DNA of 64,000 bases, from the NCBI GenBank assembly GCA_964372765.1, contig CAYJSE010000001.1:118790-182789 (forward strand), in the 5' to 3' direction. This DNA is from an uncultured Planctomycetia bacterium (GTDB lineage: Bacteria; Omnitrophota; Gorgyraeia; 2-02-FULL-51-18; CAYJSE01). Position 1 is the stretch's first letter, and each line of letters opens with the position of its first letter. The notes under the pieces were generated by a model. The model did not search any database. It saw nothing but the letters and a program-made list of their open reading frames with translations, and had not been told where the DNA came from. The position numbers were made by a program, and so were the translations under genes. Positions 29,097-41,889 of the stretch are shown piece after piece.

Positions 29097-29778
29097 AGCG
29101 CACTCCCTCGAGACGCTGACCATCGGTGAGAAACTGGAGTACGATGTCACCTGGATGGGCGCCCATGTCGGCGTGGGCACGTTGGAAGTCCGTGAAAAAG
29201 TGACGCGCCACGGCCGTGAGGCCTACCACGTTGTCGCCATAGCCCAAACCAATGATTTTTTGTCCAAGCTCTACCCGGTGCACGATGAGATCCACAGCTT
29301 TATCGATGCGGATCTTTTTTGTTCTCTGGAATTTCAAAAGACAGTCAGCGAGGGCCACTACCGCGCCGATGAGAAAATCGTGTACGATTACCCTTCTGGA
29401 AAAGGCCGCTACCAGTCTTTTGAGAACGGTTCTACGAAAGAGTTCGAGCTTCTTGGGCCAGTGCATGATTTTTTGAGCGCGTTTTACTGGTTTCGGCTTC
29501 AACCGGCCAAGCCAGGGGATGCCTTAAAGACGATCGTCAACGACGATGAGAAAAACTGGAATCTGGAATTCAGAGTTTTGCGAAGGGAAAAAAAGGAACT
29601 TCGCGGCGGCCGTGTCTACGAGACGCTCGTGGTGGAGCCTCGGACAAAACTGAAGGGTGTCCTCTACAAACGCGGCCGTGCCTGGGTTTACTTCACCGCC
29701 GACGAAAAACGGATCCCCGTTCTCATCCGCATTCAAACCCCATTCGGCCCCGTTGTCGGAGTCTTGAAGGAATCTTAA
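29032..29778 (+). CDS. secreted DUF3108-like hypothetical protein
   Basis: Signal peptide, then 'LEYDVTWMGAHVGVGTLEV'. Family assignment is from memory and start is uncertain (ATG 29032 or TTG 29047). Confidence 0.5.
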   Translation: MWRKCLRSLKLCFLLLLCSCVEAHSLETLTIGEKLEYDVTWMGAHVGVGTLEVREKVTRHGREAYHVVAIAQTNDFLSKLYPVHDEIHSFIDADLFCSLEFQKTVSEGHYRADEKIVYDYPSGKGRYQSFENGSTKEFELLGPVHDFLSAFYWFRLQPAKPGDALKTIVNDDEKNWNLEFRVLRREKKELRGGRVYETLVVEPRTKLKGVLYKRGRAWVYFTADEKRIPVLIRIQTPFGPVVGVLKES

Positions 29779-29788
29779 GGTTGGTAAG

Positions 29789-29817
29789 TTGAAATAGGGT
29801 AGTAAAGGTGTTAAAAT
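29789..29817 (+). promoter_or_regulatory. putative sigma-70 promoter (TTGAAA-17 nt-TAAAAT) upstream of the heptose kinase gene
   Basis: -35 at 29789-29794 and -10 at 29812-29817, only about 12 nt before the ATG at 29830, implying a very short leader. Confidence 0.3.
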
Positions 29818-29829
29818 GCGGCGTCCGTT

Positions 29830-30835
29830 ATGATGAAATCATTGAAACTGCCGCGTCTTAAGAGTGTCATCACCCGCTTTCCCCGCGCCAAGGTCCTGGT
29901 CGTGGGCGATCTGATTCTCGATGAATTTATCTGGGGTAACGTGTCCCGCATCTCTCCCGAAGCGCCGGTGCCTGTCGTATGGGTGAACTCCGAAAGTTTC
30001 ATGCCCGGCGGCGCCAGCAACGTGGCCAACAATATCCGGTCGCTCGGCGGCGAGGTGCATCTGGTGGGCGTGGTCGGCGACGACTCACGCAGTGATGTTT
30101 TGATCTCGCTTTTGAAAGGTCAGGGTGTGCACTGTGAGGGGATTTACAAGGATAAACAGCGCCCGACGACGCTCAAAACGCGCGTGATCGCCCAACATCA
30201 CCACGTGGTGCGCATTGACCGTGAAGTGGTGCGGCCCATCTCGGACGCCACGATCAACCGCATCCTTGACTTTATCGAGCAAAAGATTCGCGCGATGGAC
30301 GCGCTCTGCATCGAGGACTATGGCAAGGGCATGGTGGTCCCGCGGCTGGTTGGGCGGATCGTGCGCCTAGCGCGGAAATACAACAAAATCATCACGGTGG
30401 ATCCGAAAGAAACACATTTTTCCTACTACCGGGGCGTCACGACGATCACCCCGAACCATCACGAGGCGGGCCACGCGGTGGGTTTCGTGATCAAGGACCG
30501 CGAGAGCTTGGAGCGCGCCGGTGAAAAGCTTTTGAATAAATTGAGTTGCCGGTCCGTTTTAATCACGCTCGGCGAGAACGGGATGTGTCTTTTTGAAAAA
30601 GGAAAGAAGCCGGTCAACATCGACACCGTGGCCCAGGACGTGTTTGACGTGTCCGGAGCCGGCGACACGGTGATCAGCGCGTACACGCTGGCACTGGCCG
30701 GGGGAGCGACGCCGGTGGAAGCGGCGCATATTTCAAACTCCGCGGCGGGTATCGTCGTGGGCAAGGTCGGCGTGGCCGTCACAAGCCCGGAAGAATTATC
30801 AAAACGCATTCACGAACAACTGACAGGATCTATCC

Positions 30836-30864
<29 letters not shown>
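29830..30864 (+). CDS. D-glycero-beta-D-manno-heptose-7-phosphate kinase (HldE domain I / RfaE1-type PfkB kinase, stand-alone)
   Basis: PfkB ribokinase-like motifs 'VLVVGDLILDEF' and 'DVSGAGDTVISA', 344 aa. No fused adenylyltransferase domain. Confidence 0.8.
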
Positions 30865-33997
<3,133 letters not shown>

Positions 33998-34957
33998 GTG
34001 ATCGTGCGCATCGGCCGTCAGGTTATCCGAACCGAGCGGGATTCGCTCACCGCGCTGCTTTCACGGCTGGATCGGCATTTTGAGAAAGCCTGCCGCATTA
34101 TTTTAAAGTCCAAGGGCCGCGTGGTGGTGACCGGTGCGGGCAAGCCGGGTTTTATCGCGCAAAAAATCTCCGCGACATTTTCATCCACGGGCACGCCCTC
34201 TTTATTTTTACACCCCGCCGAGGCGCTGCACGGGGATCTCGGGCGCGTGACTCGAGAAGACGTTCTTGTCGTCTTGTCTAACTCGGGTCAAACCGACGAA
34301 ATCCTGAAGCTGTTGCCGGCCGTGCAAAAGATCGGCGCTCGGATCATCGCCGTTACGGGCAACCCAAAGTCGTTTTTGGCGCGCGCGAGTGACGTGACAC
34401 TGGATGTCAGCGTTAAAAAGGAAGCGTGTTCGCTGAACCTGGCGCCCAGCGCTTCGACCACCAACATGCTCGCGATGGGCGACGCGTTGGCGCTGTCCAT
34501 TTCGGAGAAAAAGGGATTCCGCAAAGAGGATTTCGCGTTTTTTCATCCCGGGGGAAATCTCGGGAAGCGGCTTCATTTGAAGGTTGCCGACATCATGCGC
34601 ACGGGCAAGGCCAATCCGCTTGTCCGTGAGTCGACCAAAGTTTTGGACGTTTTGTACGCGATCACGAAAGCGCGCGCGGGAGCCGCGAGCGTGGTGGACG
34701 CGCGCGGCCATCTCCGAGGGTTTTTTACCGACGGGGATTTGCGCCGGCACATCAAGGCCGATCCCAAGATCCTGAACCAGCCGGTGAAGCGTTTTATGAC
34801 TCAAAGACCGGTTACGGTTTATCCCGACCGGTTGGCCGTCGAAGCGATGAAGATTTTGCAGGAAAAAGGCATCGATGAACTGCCTGTGATCGACAAAAGG
34901 GGCCGCGCCGTGGGACACTTGGATGTGCAGGATTTGCTGAAAGCCGGTCTCCTATGA
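33998..34957 (+). CDS. kdsD: arabinose-5-phosphate isomerase (SIS + tandem CBS)
   Basis: SIS domain 'VVVTGAGKPGFIAQKI' plus a C-terminal CBS pair. GTG start. Confidence 0.85.
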   Translation: MIVRIGRQVIRTERDSLTALLSRLDRHFEKACRIILKSKGRVVVTGAGKPGFIAQKISATFSSTGTPSLFLHPAEALHGDLGRVTREDVLVVLSNSGQTDEILKLLPAVQKIGARIIAVTGNPKSFLARASDVTLDVSVKKEACSLNLAPSASTTNMLAMGDALALSISEKKGFRKEDFAFFHPGGNLGKRLHLKVADIMRTGKANPLVRESTKVLDVLYAITKARAGAASVVDARGHLRGFFTDGDLRRHIKADPKILNQPVKRFMTQRPVTVYPDRLAVEAMKILQEKGIDELPVIDKRGRAVGHLDVQDLLKAGLL

Positions 34958-35502
34958 ACCTAGCGCCTAGTACCCAGCACCAAGATCTTAAAGACCGTAT
35001 TCTACCGATCAAACTGGTTATTCTCGACATCGACGGCGTTCTCACGGATGGACGCATTATTTTTGGCGACTACGGGGATGAGCTTAAATTTTTCGATGTG
35101 CAGGATGGTCTCGGGCTCGTGATGCTGTATCGCGCCGGGATCCGAACCGTGATCATCAGCGCCAAAAAATCCAAGGTCAATAACCGCCGCGCCAGGGAAG
35201 TGCGCGCGGCGAAAATCTATCAGGGCGTGAAGGACAAGCTGATAATCTACGAAAAAGTGCTTAAAGAATTTAAACTAGGCCACGCCGAAGTTTGCTTCGT
35301 CGGCGACGATTTGATTGATATCCCGATCTTGACGCGCGCCGGGTTCGCGGTTGCCGTACAAAACGCCGTGGAAGAGGCCAAAGGCGCCGCGCATTATGTG
35401 ACTCAAAAAAAAGGCGGCCGCGGCGCCGTGCGTGAGCTGACGGATCTGATTTTAAAGACGCAAGGTCGCTGGGAAGAGCTGACAAAAGGATATTATCCAT
35501 GA
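34954..35502 (+). CDS. kdsC: Kdo-8-phosphate phosphatase (HAD family)
   Basis: 'LVILDIDGVLTDG', 182 aa. Confidence 0.8.
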   Translation: MNLAPSTQHQDLKDRILPIKLVILDIDGVLTDGRIIFGDYGDELKFFDVQDGLGLVMLYRAGIRTVIISAKKSKVNNRRAREVRAAKIYQGVKDKLIIYEKVLKEFKLGHAEVCFVGDDLIDIPILTRAGFAVAVQNAVEEAKGAAHYVTQKKGGRGAVRELTDLILKTQGRWEELTKGYYP

Positions 35503-36281
35503 AAATACAAGGCTCCGCGATCTGGGCTTTTGCGCTCGGGGTTTTCGTGACGGCGGCGGCGAGCTTTTTTATTTTTGGCGGTGAGCGGGAAGAAAAGTCG
35601 GTTTTTCTGCCTTTTGACGCCGCGAGCCGCGAGGAGTCTGGCCGCCAGGAACTGCAACAGTTCGCGCTGGCCGGCTACGACAACCAGGGGCAGAAATTTT
35701 GGAATCTAAAAGGGGACGTGGCCAAGATCAACACGGACCGCACGGTTTTTTTGGATCAAAACGTGTCTCTGGAGCTTGAGAACAACACCACGATCGAAGC
35801 CGACCATGTCGAGTTTTCTCAAGAAAAAGGAATTCTGCGTACCAACGCGCCTGTTTTTATCAGCCACCAAAACGCAAAGATTCGCGGTATCGGCGCGATC
35901 GGCAAGCTCAATGAAAAGTTTGTGCAGATTCAGCGGGAGATCGACATGGTGATCAGCGACACCACGCACCTTGTCTGCCGGGGTCCGATGAAGATTTACT
36001 ATGACCAGAATAAAATTATTTTCTATCGGGATGTGAAAGTGACGGATGAAAAGGGCACGCTCGCGGCCCAGCGCATGGATGTGTTCATGGATCCGGAGCA
36101 AAAGAAGGTCAGCGAAATCCACGCGCGCGGGGACGTCGTGATCACGCGTGGGGGGAGCGTCACGCACTCCGACCGCGCGATTTACACGGTGGCCACGGGT
36201 TCGGTGAAGTTGGAGGGCAGTCCCAAGATCCTGCTCCAGAAAGACAATCTGCAGAGCTTCGATGGCACTTTTAGAAACTAA
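35499..36281 (+). CDS. LPS export protein of the LptC/LptA (OstA-like) family, N-terminally membrane-anchored
   Basis: Single N-terminal transmembrane helix followed by about 230 aa of OstA-like beta-jellyroll sequence. At 260 aa it is longer than a typical LptC. Sits immediately upstream of lptB. Confidence 0.6.
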   Translation: MKIQGSAIWAFALGVFVTAAASFFIFGGEREEKSVFLPFDAASREESGRQELQQFALAGYDNQGQKFWNLKGDVAKINTDRTVFLDQNVSLELENNTTIEADHVEFSQEKGILRTNAPVFISHQNAKIRGIGAIGKLNEKFVQIQREIDMVISDTTHLVCRGPMKIYYDQNKIIFYRDVKVTDEKGTLAAQRMDVFMDPEQKKVSEIHARGDVVITRGGSVTHSDRAIYTVATGSVKLEGSPKILLQKDNLQSFDGTFRN

Positions 36282-36984
36282 GACACTTCGAAAATCCTAC
36301 AACGGACGCCCCGTGGTGAACGGGGTGGATATTTCGATCAATCCCGGTGAGGTGGTGGGGCTTTTGGGCCCCAATGGCGCCGGCAAGACCACGACGTTTT
36401 ACATGGTGATGGGCATGGTGCGGCCGGACTCCGGGCAGATCCTCTTTGACCACCAGGAAATCAGCCATTATCCGATGTATCGGCGCGCGCAGCTCGGCAT
36501 TGGCTACTTGTCGCAGGAGCCATCCATTTTCCGCCGTCTCACGGTGGAAGAAAATATCCTAGCCATTCTGGAGACGCTCGATATCCCTCCCCGAGAGCGC
36601 CAGAGACGCTTGGAAGAATTGCTCAACGAGCTCGGGATCGCGTACTTAAGAAAATCCCGCGCCTCGACGTTGTCGGGAGGCGAGCGTCGGCGTCTCGAGA
36701 TCACACGGGCGCTCGTGACGCACCCCATGTGCATTTTGCTGGACGAGCCCTTTTCCGGGATAGACCCGATCGCCGTTTCGGATTGTCAGCAGCTGATTCA
36801 AGAGCTGAGGCGAAAGGGTTTGGGCATCCTTCTCACGGACCACAATGTGCGTGAGACGCTCAGCATCACCGATCGCGCGTATATCATGGTCGAGGGGAAG
36901 ATTTTGACCGCCGGCACCAAGGAAGAGTTGCTGGAAAGCAAGGAAGCTAGGAAGATTTACCTTGGCGAAAAGTTTACGATGTAG
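36262..36984 (+). CDS. lptB: LPS export ABC transporter ATP-binding protein
   Basis: Walker A 'GPNGAGKTT', signature 'LSGGERRR', 240 aa. Confidence 0.85.
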   Translation: MALLETKTLRKSYNGRPVVNGVDISINPGEVVGLLGPNGAGKTTTFYMVMGMVRPDSGQILFDHQEISHYPMYRRAQLGIGYLSQEPSIFRRLTVEENILAILETLDIPPRERQRRLEELLNELGIAYLRKSRASTLSGGERRRLEITRALVTHPMCILLDEPFSGIDPIAVSDCQQLIQELRRKGLGILLTDHNVRETLSITDRAYIMVEGKILTAGTKEELLESKEARKIYLGEKFTM

Positions 36985-37034
36985 CGCCGGTATGGTAAAC
37001 TAAAACGTTTTGAGTCAAAAAATAGGGGTTTCCA

Positions 37035-37370
37035 ATGGAAATCGACGTTGCGGGAAGGCATTTTCACATCACACAGCCGCTGAAGAGCTACTGTGCGCAA
37101 AAAGTGCAAAAGCTTGAGAAGTATTCTTTAAAAATCGAGATGGTGCACGTGGTGCTGGAGGTGCAGAAATTCCGCCAGATCGCGGAGATTGCGGTTCTGG
37201 GCAAGCAGCTGCGCCTGACGGCTAAGGAAGAAAGCGCCGACATGTACGCCGCGTTTGACAAAAGCTTCGGCAATATCCAACTGCAACTGCGTAAACTGCA
37301 CGATCGCCGCCGCGATCACAAGGACCATCAAGGTGTTCAAAAAAGAAGAGCCCGTACGTTCCAATCTTAA
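37035..37370 (+). CDS. hpf: ribosome hibernation promoting factor (short HPF/RaiA)
   Basis: 'MEIDVAGRHFHITQPLKSYCAQKVQKLEKY', 111 aa. Confidence 0.85.
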   Translation: MEIDVAGRHFHITQPLKSYCAQKVQKLEKYSLKIEMVHVVLEVQKFRQIAEIAVLGKQLRLTAKEESADMYAAFDKSFGNIQLQLRKLHDRRRDHKDHQGVQKRRARTFQS

Positions 37371-38550
37371 GAAAATCAAAGACTGCAAGATGCGCCTATC
37401 CGTCGAGGTTTCAGGTGAGCTGGTTGAGCAGCGCTTCGGAGACGTGTTCCGCGAGATTCAGAAAGTTGCGACCCTCCCCGGTTTCCGTAAAGGCAAGGCG
37501 CCCCAGGAGCTCATCGAGAAAAATTTTTCGAAAGAAGCCGAAGAGGAGGTTTTGAAGTCGCTGGTGCCGGAAGTGTACACCCGAGCGCTTGTCTCCTGCA
37601 AGGCGGCGGCCGTGACGCTGCCGACGATCACAGAGCTGAAGCTGGAACGCGGCCGGAAGATGAGTTTTTTCGCGGACTTTGAGAAGGCGCCGGAGTTTAC
37701 GCTGAAAAATTATAAGGGCATGCGCCTGCGTCGGGTTTCTCAGGAAGTCAGTGACGAGGATCTGGAAAAGGGCATGCGCTCCCTGCAGGACGCGCGCGCC
37801 GAGCTTACGAGTCTAACGGAGCCACGGCCGGTGGAAAAGGGTGATTTTTTGGTCTGCGATATTGAGATCTGGCGTGAGGACCGGTATGAGCCGGGCCGCA
37901 AAGGCGCGCTGCTCTATGTGGAGCCCAATCCGGCGGATGACTTTTTTGACAGGGTGCTAGGCGCGTGGCCCAATGAGGTGCGCGAGATCACCCATCTCAA
38001 GGAGTCGCGCCCGCACTATAAAGTTTGGATCCGGGATATCCAGCAGAAGAAACTTCCGCCGGTAGACAACGTGCTGGCCAAAAGTTTTGGCAGAGAAACT
38101 CCAGAAGAGCTAAAGGAAGCGGTGCGTCGCGATATCGCCCAGCACAAGCGCTCCGAGGCGCGGCACCAGATGCGCGGAGAGCTTTTTCAAAAGCTGTTGG
38201 AGGCCTCGCCGTTTAAGTGTCCCGAGGGACTCGTGAACAAGCAGGCCGAGAAGCTTCTGGAAGACGCGGCGAAAGAGCGGCCGCGCGCGGAGTTATCCCA
38301 AGACCAGCTTCGCCGTCGCGCCGAGGAACAGGTGCGGCTTTATTTTATCCTACGGCGCGTGGCGGACGAGCAAAAAATCGAGGCCGACGAAGCGGAGCTC
38401 GAGCGGCGCTTAAACACGCTGGCCGAGGAGTCCAAGCGTCCGATAGAAGAGGCACGCCGAGTTTTTGAAGACGATATCCGTGAAGGCATGCGGGAGCAGC
38501 AAACGATAGAGTTTTTACTGGCCAACGCGAAATTTGACGAAGCAACCTAG
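37333..38550 (+). CDS. tig: trigger factor
   Basis: Ribosome-binding signature 'GFRKGKAP', then PPIase and C-terminal domains. Probable GTG start at 37333 rather than the ORF start at 37255, overlapping the hpf 3' end. Confidence 0.85.
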   Translation: MFKKEEPVRSNLKKIKDCKMRLSVEVSGELVEQRFGDVFREIQKVATLPGFRKGKAPQELIEKNFSKEAEEEVLKSLVPEVYTRALVSCKAAAVTLPTITELKLERGRKMSFFADFEKAPEFTLKNYKGMRLRRVSQEVSDEDLEKGMRSLQDARAELTSLTEPRPVEKGDFLVCDIEIWREDRYEPGRKGALLYVEPNPADDFFDRVLGAWPNEVREITHLKESRPHYKVWIRDIQQKKLPPVDNVLAKSFGRETPEELKEAVRRDIAQHKRSEARHQMRGELFQKLLEASPFKCPEGLVNKQAEKLLEDAAKERPRAELSQDQLRRRAEEQVRLYFILRRVADEQKIEADEAELERRLNTLAEESKRPIEEARRVFEDDIREGMREQQTIEFLLANAKFDEAT

Positions 38551-38562
38551 AGGAGAGTCTAA

Positions 38563-39165
38563 ATGAGCATACTGGTTCCGATGGTGATTGAGCAGACAGG
38601 CCGCTCCGAGCGCGCCTACGATATTTATTCGCGTCTTTTGAAAGACCGCGTGGTGTTTATCGGCACGCCGATCGATGACGTGGTGGCCAACCTCATCATC
38701 GCACAGCTTTTATTTTTACAGATGGAGGACCCGGAAAAGGAGGTGTCCATCTACATCAATTCACCCGGCGGCTCCGTCACGAGCGGCTTGGCGATCTATG
38801 ACACGATTCAGTTTCTGAAGCCCGATGTGAATACCTATTGTGTGGGCCAGGCGGCCAGCATGGGCGCCGTGCTCTTATGCGCGGGTACGAAGGGCAAGCG
38901 CTACAGTCTTCCCAACGCGCGCATCATGATCCATCAACCATGGGGCGGCGCTCAAGGCACCGTTTCGGACATCAATATCCAGGCCAAGGAAATCTCGAGG
39001 TTGAAGGAACGCCTAAACGAAATTTTGGCCAAGCATACGGGGCAGCCGGTTTCAAAAATCGAAAAAGACACGGATCGCGATTTTTTCATGTCTGCCGACG
39101 AAGCCAAAGCGTTTGGTCTTGTGGATGAAGTCGTGACGAACGTGCGTTCTCTCGGGAAAAAATAA
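38563..39165 (+). CDS. clpP: ATP-dependent Clp protease proteolytic subunit
   Basis: Catalytic triad context 'GQAASMGA' and 'MIHQP', 200 aa. Confidence 0.95.
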   Translation: MSILVPMVIEQTGRSERAYDIYSRLLKDRVVFIGTPIDDVVANLIIAQLLFLQMEDPEKEVSIYINSPGGSVTSGLAIYDTIQFLKPDVNTYCVGQAASMGAVLLCAGTKGKRYSLPNARIMIHQPWGGAQGTVSDINIQAKEISRLKERLNEILAKHTGQPVSKIEKDTDRDFFMSADEAKAFGLVDEVVTNVRSLGKK

Positions 39166-40284
39166 ATGAGCCAACAGCTCCTTTTGACTCCGGGTCCTTC
39201 GGAAGTGCCGCCGCGTGTTCTGGCGCGCATAGCCCAGCCGCTGGTTCATCACCGCACGAAAGATTTCCAAGCCGTGCTGGCCCGGGTTCATGAGAATCTG
39301 CGAAAGGTGTTTCTCACCCAGCATCCCGTGATGAGCTTCGCGTGTTCCGGTACCGGCGCCATGGAAGCCTCCATCACCAACTGCTTGTCGCCGGGCGACA
39401 CCGTGCTTTCGTTTTCGTCGGGCAAATGGGGAGAGCGCTACCGGGACATCGCCAAAGTTTACGGCCTGGAGGTTCACAGTTTTGAAAAACCCTATGGCCA
39501 GGCCGTTTCGCCGGAGGAGGTGCGCAGCGCTTTGAAAAAATATCCCCAGGTCAAAGGGGTGCTCGTGGCGTTGTGCGAGACATCCACCGGCGTGTTGCAC
39601 CCTGTCGAGGCGATCGCGAAAGAGACGCGCGAATCCGGCGCGCTCCTGATAGTAGACGCGATCAGCGGGCTTTTATGCGATCCGCTGAAAATGGACGCGT
39701 GGGGCGTGGACGTCGTGGTGTGCGGCAGTCAAAAAGGGTTTATGCTGCCGCCGGGACTCGGATTTGTGGCGCTTGGGGATCGCGCGATCACCGCAGTGCA
39801 GAAGTCCAGGTTTCCCAAATACTACTTTCATTTTGAGGAAACGCTAAAAGCTCTCAAGAAAAATGACACACCTTTCACACCAGCCGTCAGCTTGATTCAG
39901 GGACTCGATGAAGCGCTGACGATGGCGCTCGACGAAGGGCTTGAAAATGTCTGGAAGCGCCACAACGCGATGGCGGCGCTCGTGCGCCAAAACGTGACGG
40001 ATTGGGGTCTCGAAATCTTTTCCAAAGCGCACTCGGCCGCGCTCACCGCGGTGAAGTCACCGGCCGGGATCGACTCAGGCGCGATTATTCAGGAAGTGAA
40101 AAATATTGATAACGTGATCATGGCGGATGGTCAAAATGAACTAAAAGGTCGGATTTTTCGTTTTGCCCATATGGGCGCTGCCGCGACGCCGCAGGCCGTG
40201 GAGCGCGGACTGAAAGCTCTTTCGGCGGCGCTTGAAAAAACCGGCTATAAACCGAAAGGGTCTCTATGCCTGCATCGGTCGTAA
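39166..40284 (+). CDS. class V aminotransferase (serine-pyruvate/phosphoserine aminotransferase-like), probably the SerC-equivalent given its linkage to serA
   Basis: 'LLTPGPSEVPPRVL' N-terminus and AGXT-family fold. Function inferred from the adjacent serA. Confidence 0.7.
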   Translation: MSQQLLLTPGPSEVPPRVLARIAQPLVHHRTKDFQAVLARVHENLRKVFLTQHPVMSFACSGTGAMEASITNCLSPGDTVLSFSSGKWGERYRDIAKVYGLEVHSFEKPYGQAVSPEEVRSALKKYPQVKGVLVALCETSTGVLHPVEAIAKETRESGALLIVDAISGLLCDPLKMDAWGVDVVVCGSQKGFMLPPGLGFVALGDRAITAVQKSRFPKYYFHFEETLKALKKNDTPFTPAVSLIQGLDEALTMALDEGLENVWKRHNAMAALVRQNVTDWGLEIFSKAHSAALTAVKSPAGIDSGAIIQEVKNIDNVIMADGQNELKGRIFRFAHMGAAATPQAVERGLKALSAALEKTGYKPKGSLCLHRS

Positions 40285-41879
40285 CGAAAAAAGACAAGCT
40301 TAAGATTTTGGTCTGCGATGATTTGGCCGAAGAAGGCCTCGCGGTTTTGAAACATGAAAAGAACCTCGACGTTCAGATCCAGCTGAAGCTCTCCGCCGCC
40401 GACTTGAAACAAGCCATTGCCGACGCCGACGCGTGCATCGTGCGTTCGGGCACGCAGCTGACGCGGGACATCCTAGAAGCCGCAAAAGCGCTGCGCGTGA
40501 TCGGCCGCGCGGGTGTGGGCCTCGACAATGTGGACGTCGAAGCCGCTTCCAAAAAAGGAATCGTCGTGATCAATACGCCGGGCGGCAATACCGTGTCCGC
40601 GGCGGAGCATACCTTTTGTCTCATTATGGCGCTGGCGCGCAGCATTCCGCAGGCCGATGCTTCCTTGAAGCGCGGGGAGTGGGAACGCAAGAAATTTACC
40701 GGTCATGAGCTGTATGACAAAACCTTGGGTATTTTAGGGCTCGGCCGCATCGGCGGTGAAGTGGCCAAGCGCGCTCAAGTATTCGGTATGCGCGTGGTGG
40801 CGTATGATCCTTTCCTGCGTGTGGACAAGGCAAAGCAGATCGGCATCGAACTTTTGAGTCTCGAGGAACTGCTGGAGCGGTCGGATTTTATCACGCTGCA
40901 CATGCCGTTGACGTCGGAGAACCACTATATCCTGGGGGATAAAGAATTTAAAAAAATCAAAAAAGGCGCGCAGATTATCAACTGTGCGCGCGGCGGGTTG
41001 ATTGACGAGGCGGCGCTTTTGAAGGCATTGGAGTCCGGGCGCGTGGCCGGCGCGGCGCTGGATGTGTTTGAGACGGAGCCGCCCAAGGACCTGGCACTCG
41101 CGCGTCACCCCAAGGTGATTGCCACGCCGCATCTCGGGGCTTCGACGGAAGAAGCGCAGATCGCGGTTGCCGTGGACGTGGCGCAGAGCATCGCCGACTT
41201 TCTTCTGGGCCGCGGCGTGCGCAATGCCGTGAACGTGCCGTCACTAGACCCGAAAGTGTTAAAAGAACTGGAACCTCATATACGGCTTGCGGAAAAACTG
41301 GGGTCGCTTCAAACGCAGCTCATCGAAGGTCATATTTTACAGGTGGATATCTGTTATCACGGCGAGGTTGTGGAGTTTGAGACCACCGCGATCACGGTCG
41401 CGGTGATCAAGGGGCTTTTGACGCCTATCTTGGCGGAAAACGTCAACTACGTGAACGCCTCGGTGCTAGCCAAAGACCGCGGCATTAAAATCACGGAATC
41501 CAAGTCATCCACCCCGATCAGCTTTGCCAATCTGATCCAGGTCGAGGTAAAAACGGACAAGATGAAAAGCTTCGTGGCCGGCACGCTTTTTACGCGCGAG
41601 GATCCGCGCATCGTGATGATCGACAATTTCCACGTCGAAACGGTGCCACAGGGGTATATGCTGCTTGTTTCCAACCGCGATGTCCCGGGCATCGTGGGGC
41701 AGGTCGGCACGATTTTGGGAAACAACCAGATCAATATCGCCGGCATGACATTTGGCCGTGACAAACCGGGCGGACAGGCCAAAACCGTTTTAAACGTGGA
41801 CAGCTTCGTGTCCGATCCCGTGATTCAAGAAATCAAGAAAGCCAAGAACATTTTAGACGCAAAACTGATCAAGTTGTAA
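40266..41879 (+). CDS. serA: D-3-phosphoglycerate dehydrogenase (long form with ASB and ACT domains)
   Basis: 537 aa. NAD-binding 'GLGRIGGEVAKRA' and a C-terminal ACT domain. Confidence 0.9.
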   Translation: MPASVVTKKDKLKILVCDDLAEEGLAVLKHEKNLDVQIQLKLSAADLKQAIADADACIVRSGTQLTRDILEAAKALRVIGRAGVGLDNVDVEAASKKGIVVINTPGGNTVSAAEHTFCLIMALARSIPQADASLKRGEWERKKFTGHELYDKTLGILGLGRIGGEVAKRAQVFGMRVVAYDPFLRVDKAKQIGIELLSLEELLERSDFITLHMPLTSENHYILGDKEFKKIKKGAQIINCARGGLIDEAALLKALESGRVAGAALDVFETEPPKDLALARHPKVIATPHLGASTEEAQIAVAVDVAQSIADFLLGRGVRNAVNVPSLDPKVLKELEPHIRLAEKLGSLQTQLIEGHILQVDICYHGEVVEFETTAITVAVIKGLLTPILAENVNYVNASVLAKDRGIKITESKSSTPISFANLIQVEVKTDKMKSFVAGTLFTREDPRIVMIDNFHVETVPQGYMLLVSNRDVPGIVGQVGTILGNNQINIAGMTFGRDKPGGQAKTVLNVDSFVSDPVIQEIKKAKNILDAKLIKL

Positions 41880-41889
41880 GTGACAACAA

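Noticed and set aside
34208-34918. 236-aa minus-strand ORF antisense to kdsD
   Set aside because: Shadow ORF with no domain signature.
36985-37034. Possible sigma-54 (-24/-12) promoter or operator in the lptB-hpf spacer (TGGTAAACTAAAACGTTTTGAG, containing the 10-bp palindrome AAAACGTTTT)
   Set aside because: Does not fit the TGGCAC-N5-TTGC consensus. The palindrome is AT-rich with no loop and no T-tract. There is insufficient support to call it a promoter, operator or terminator.
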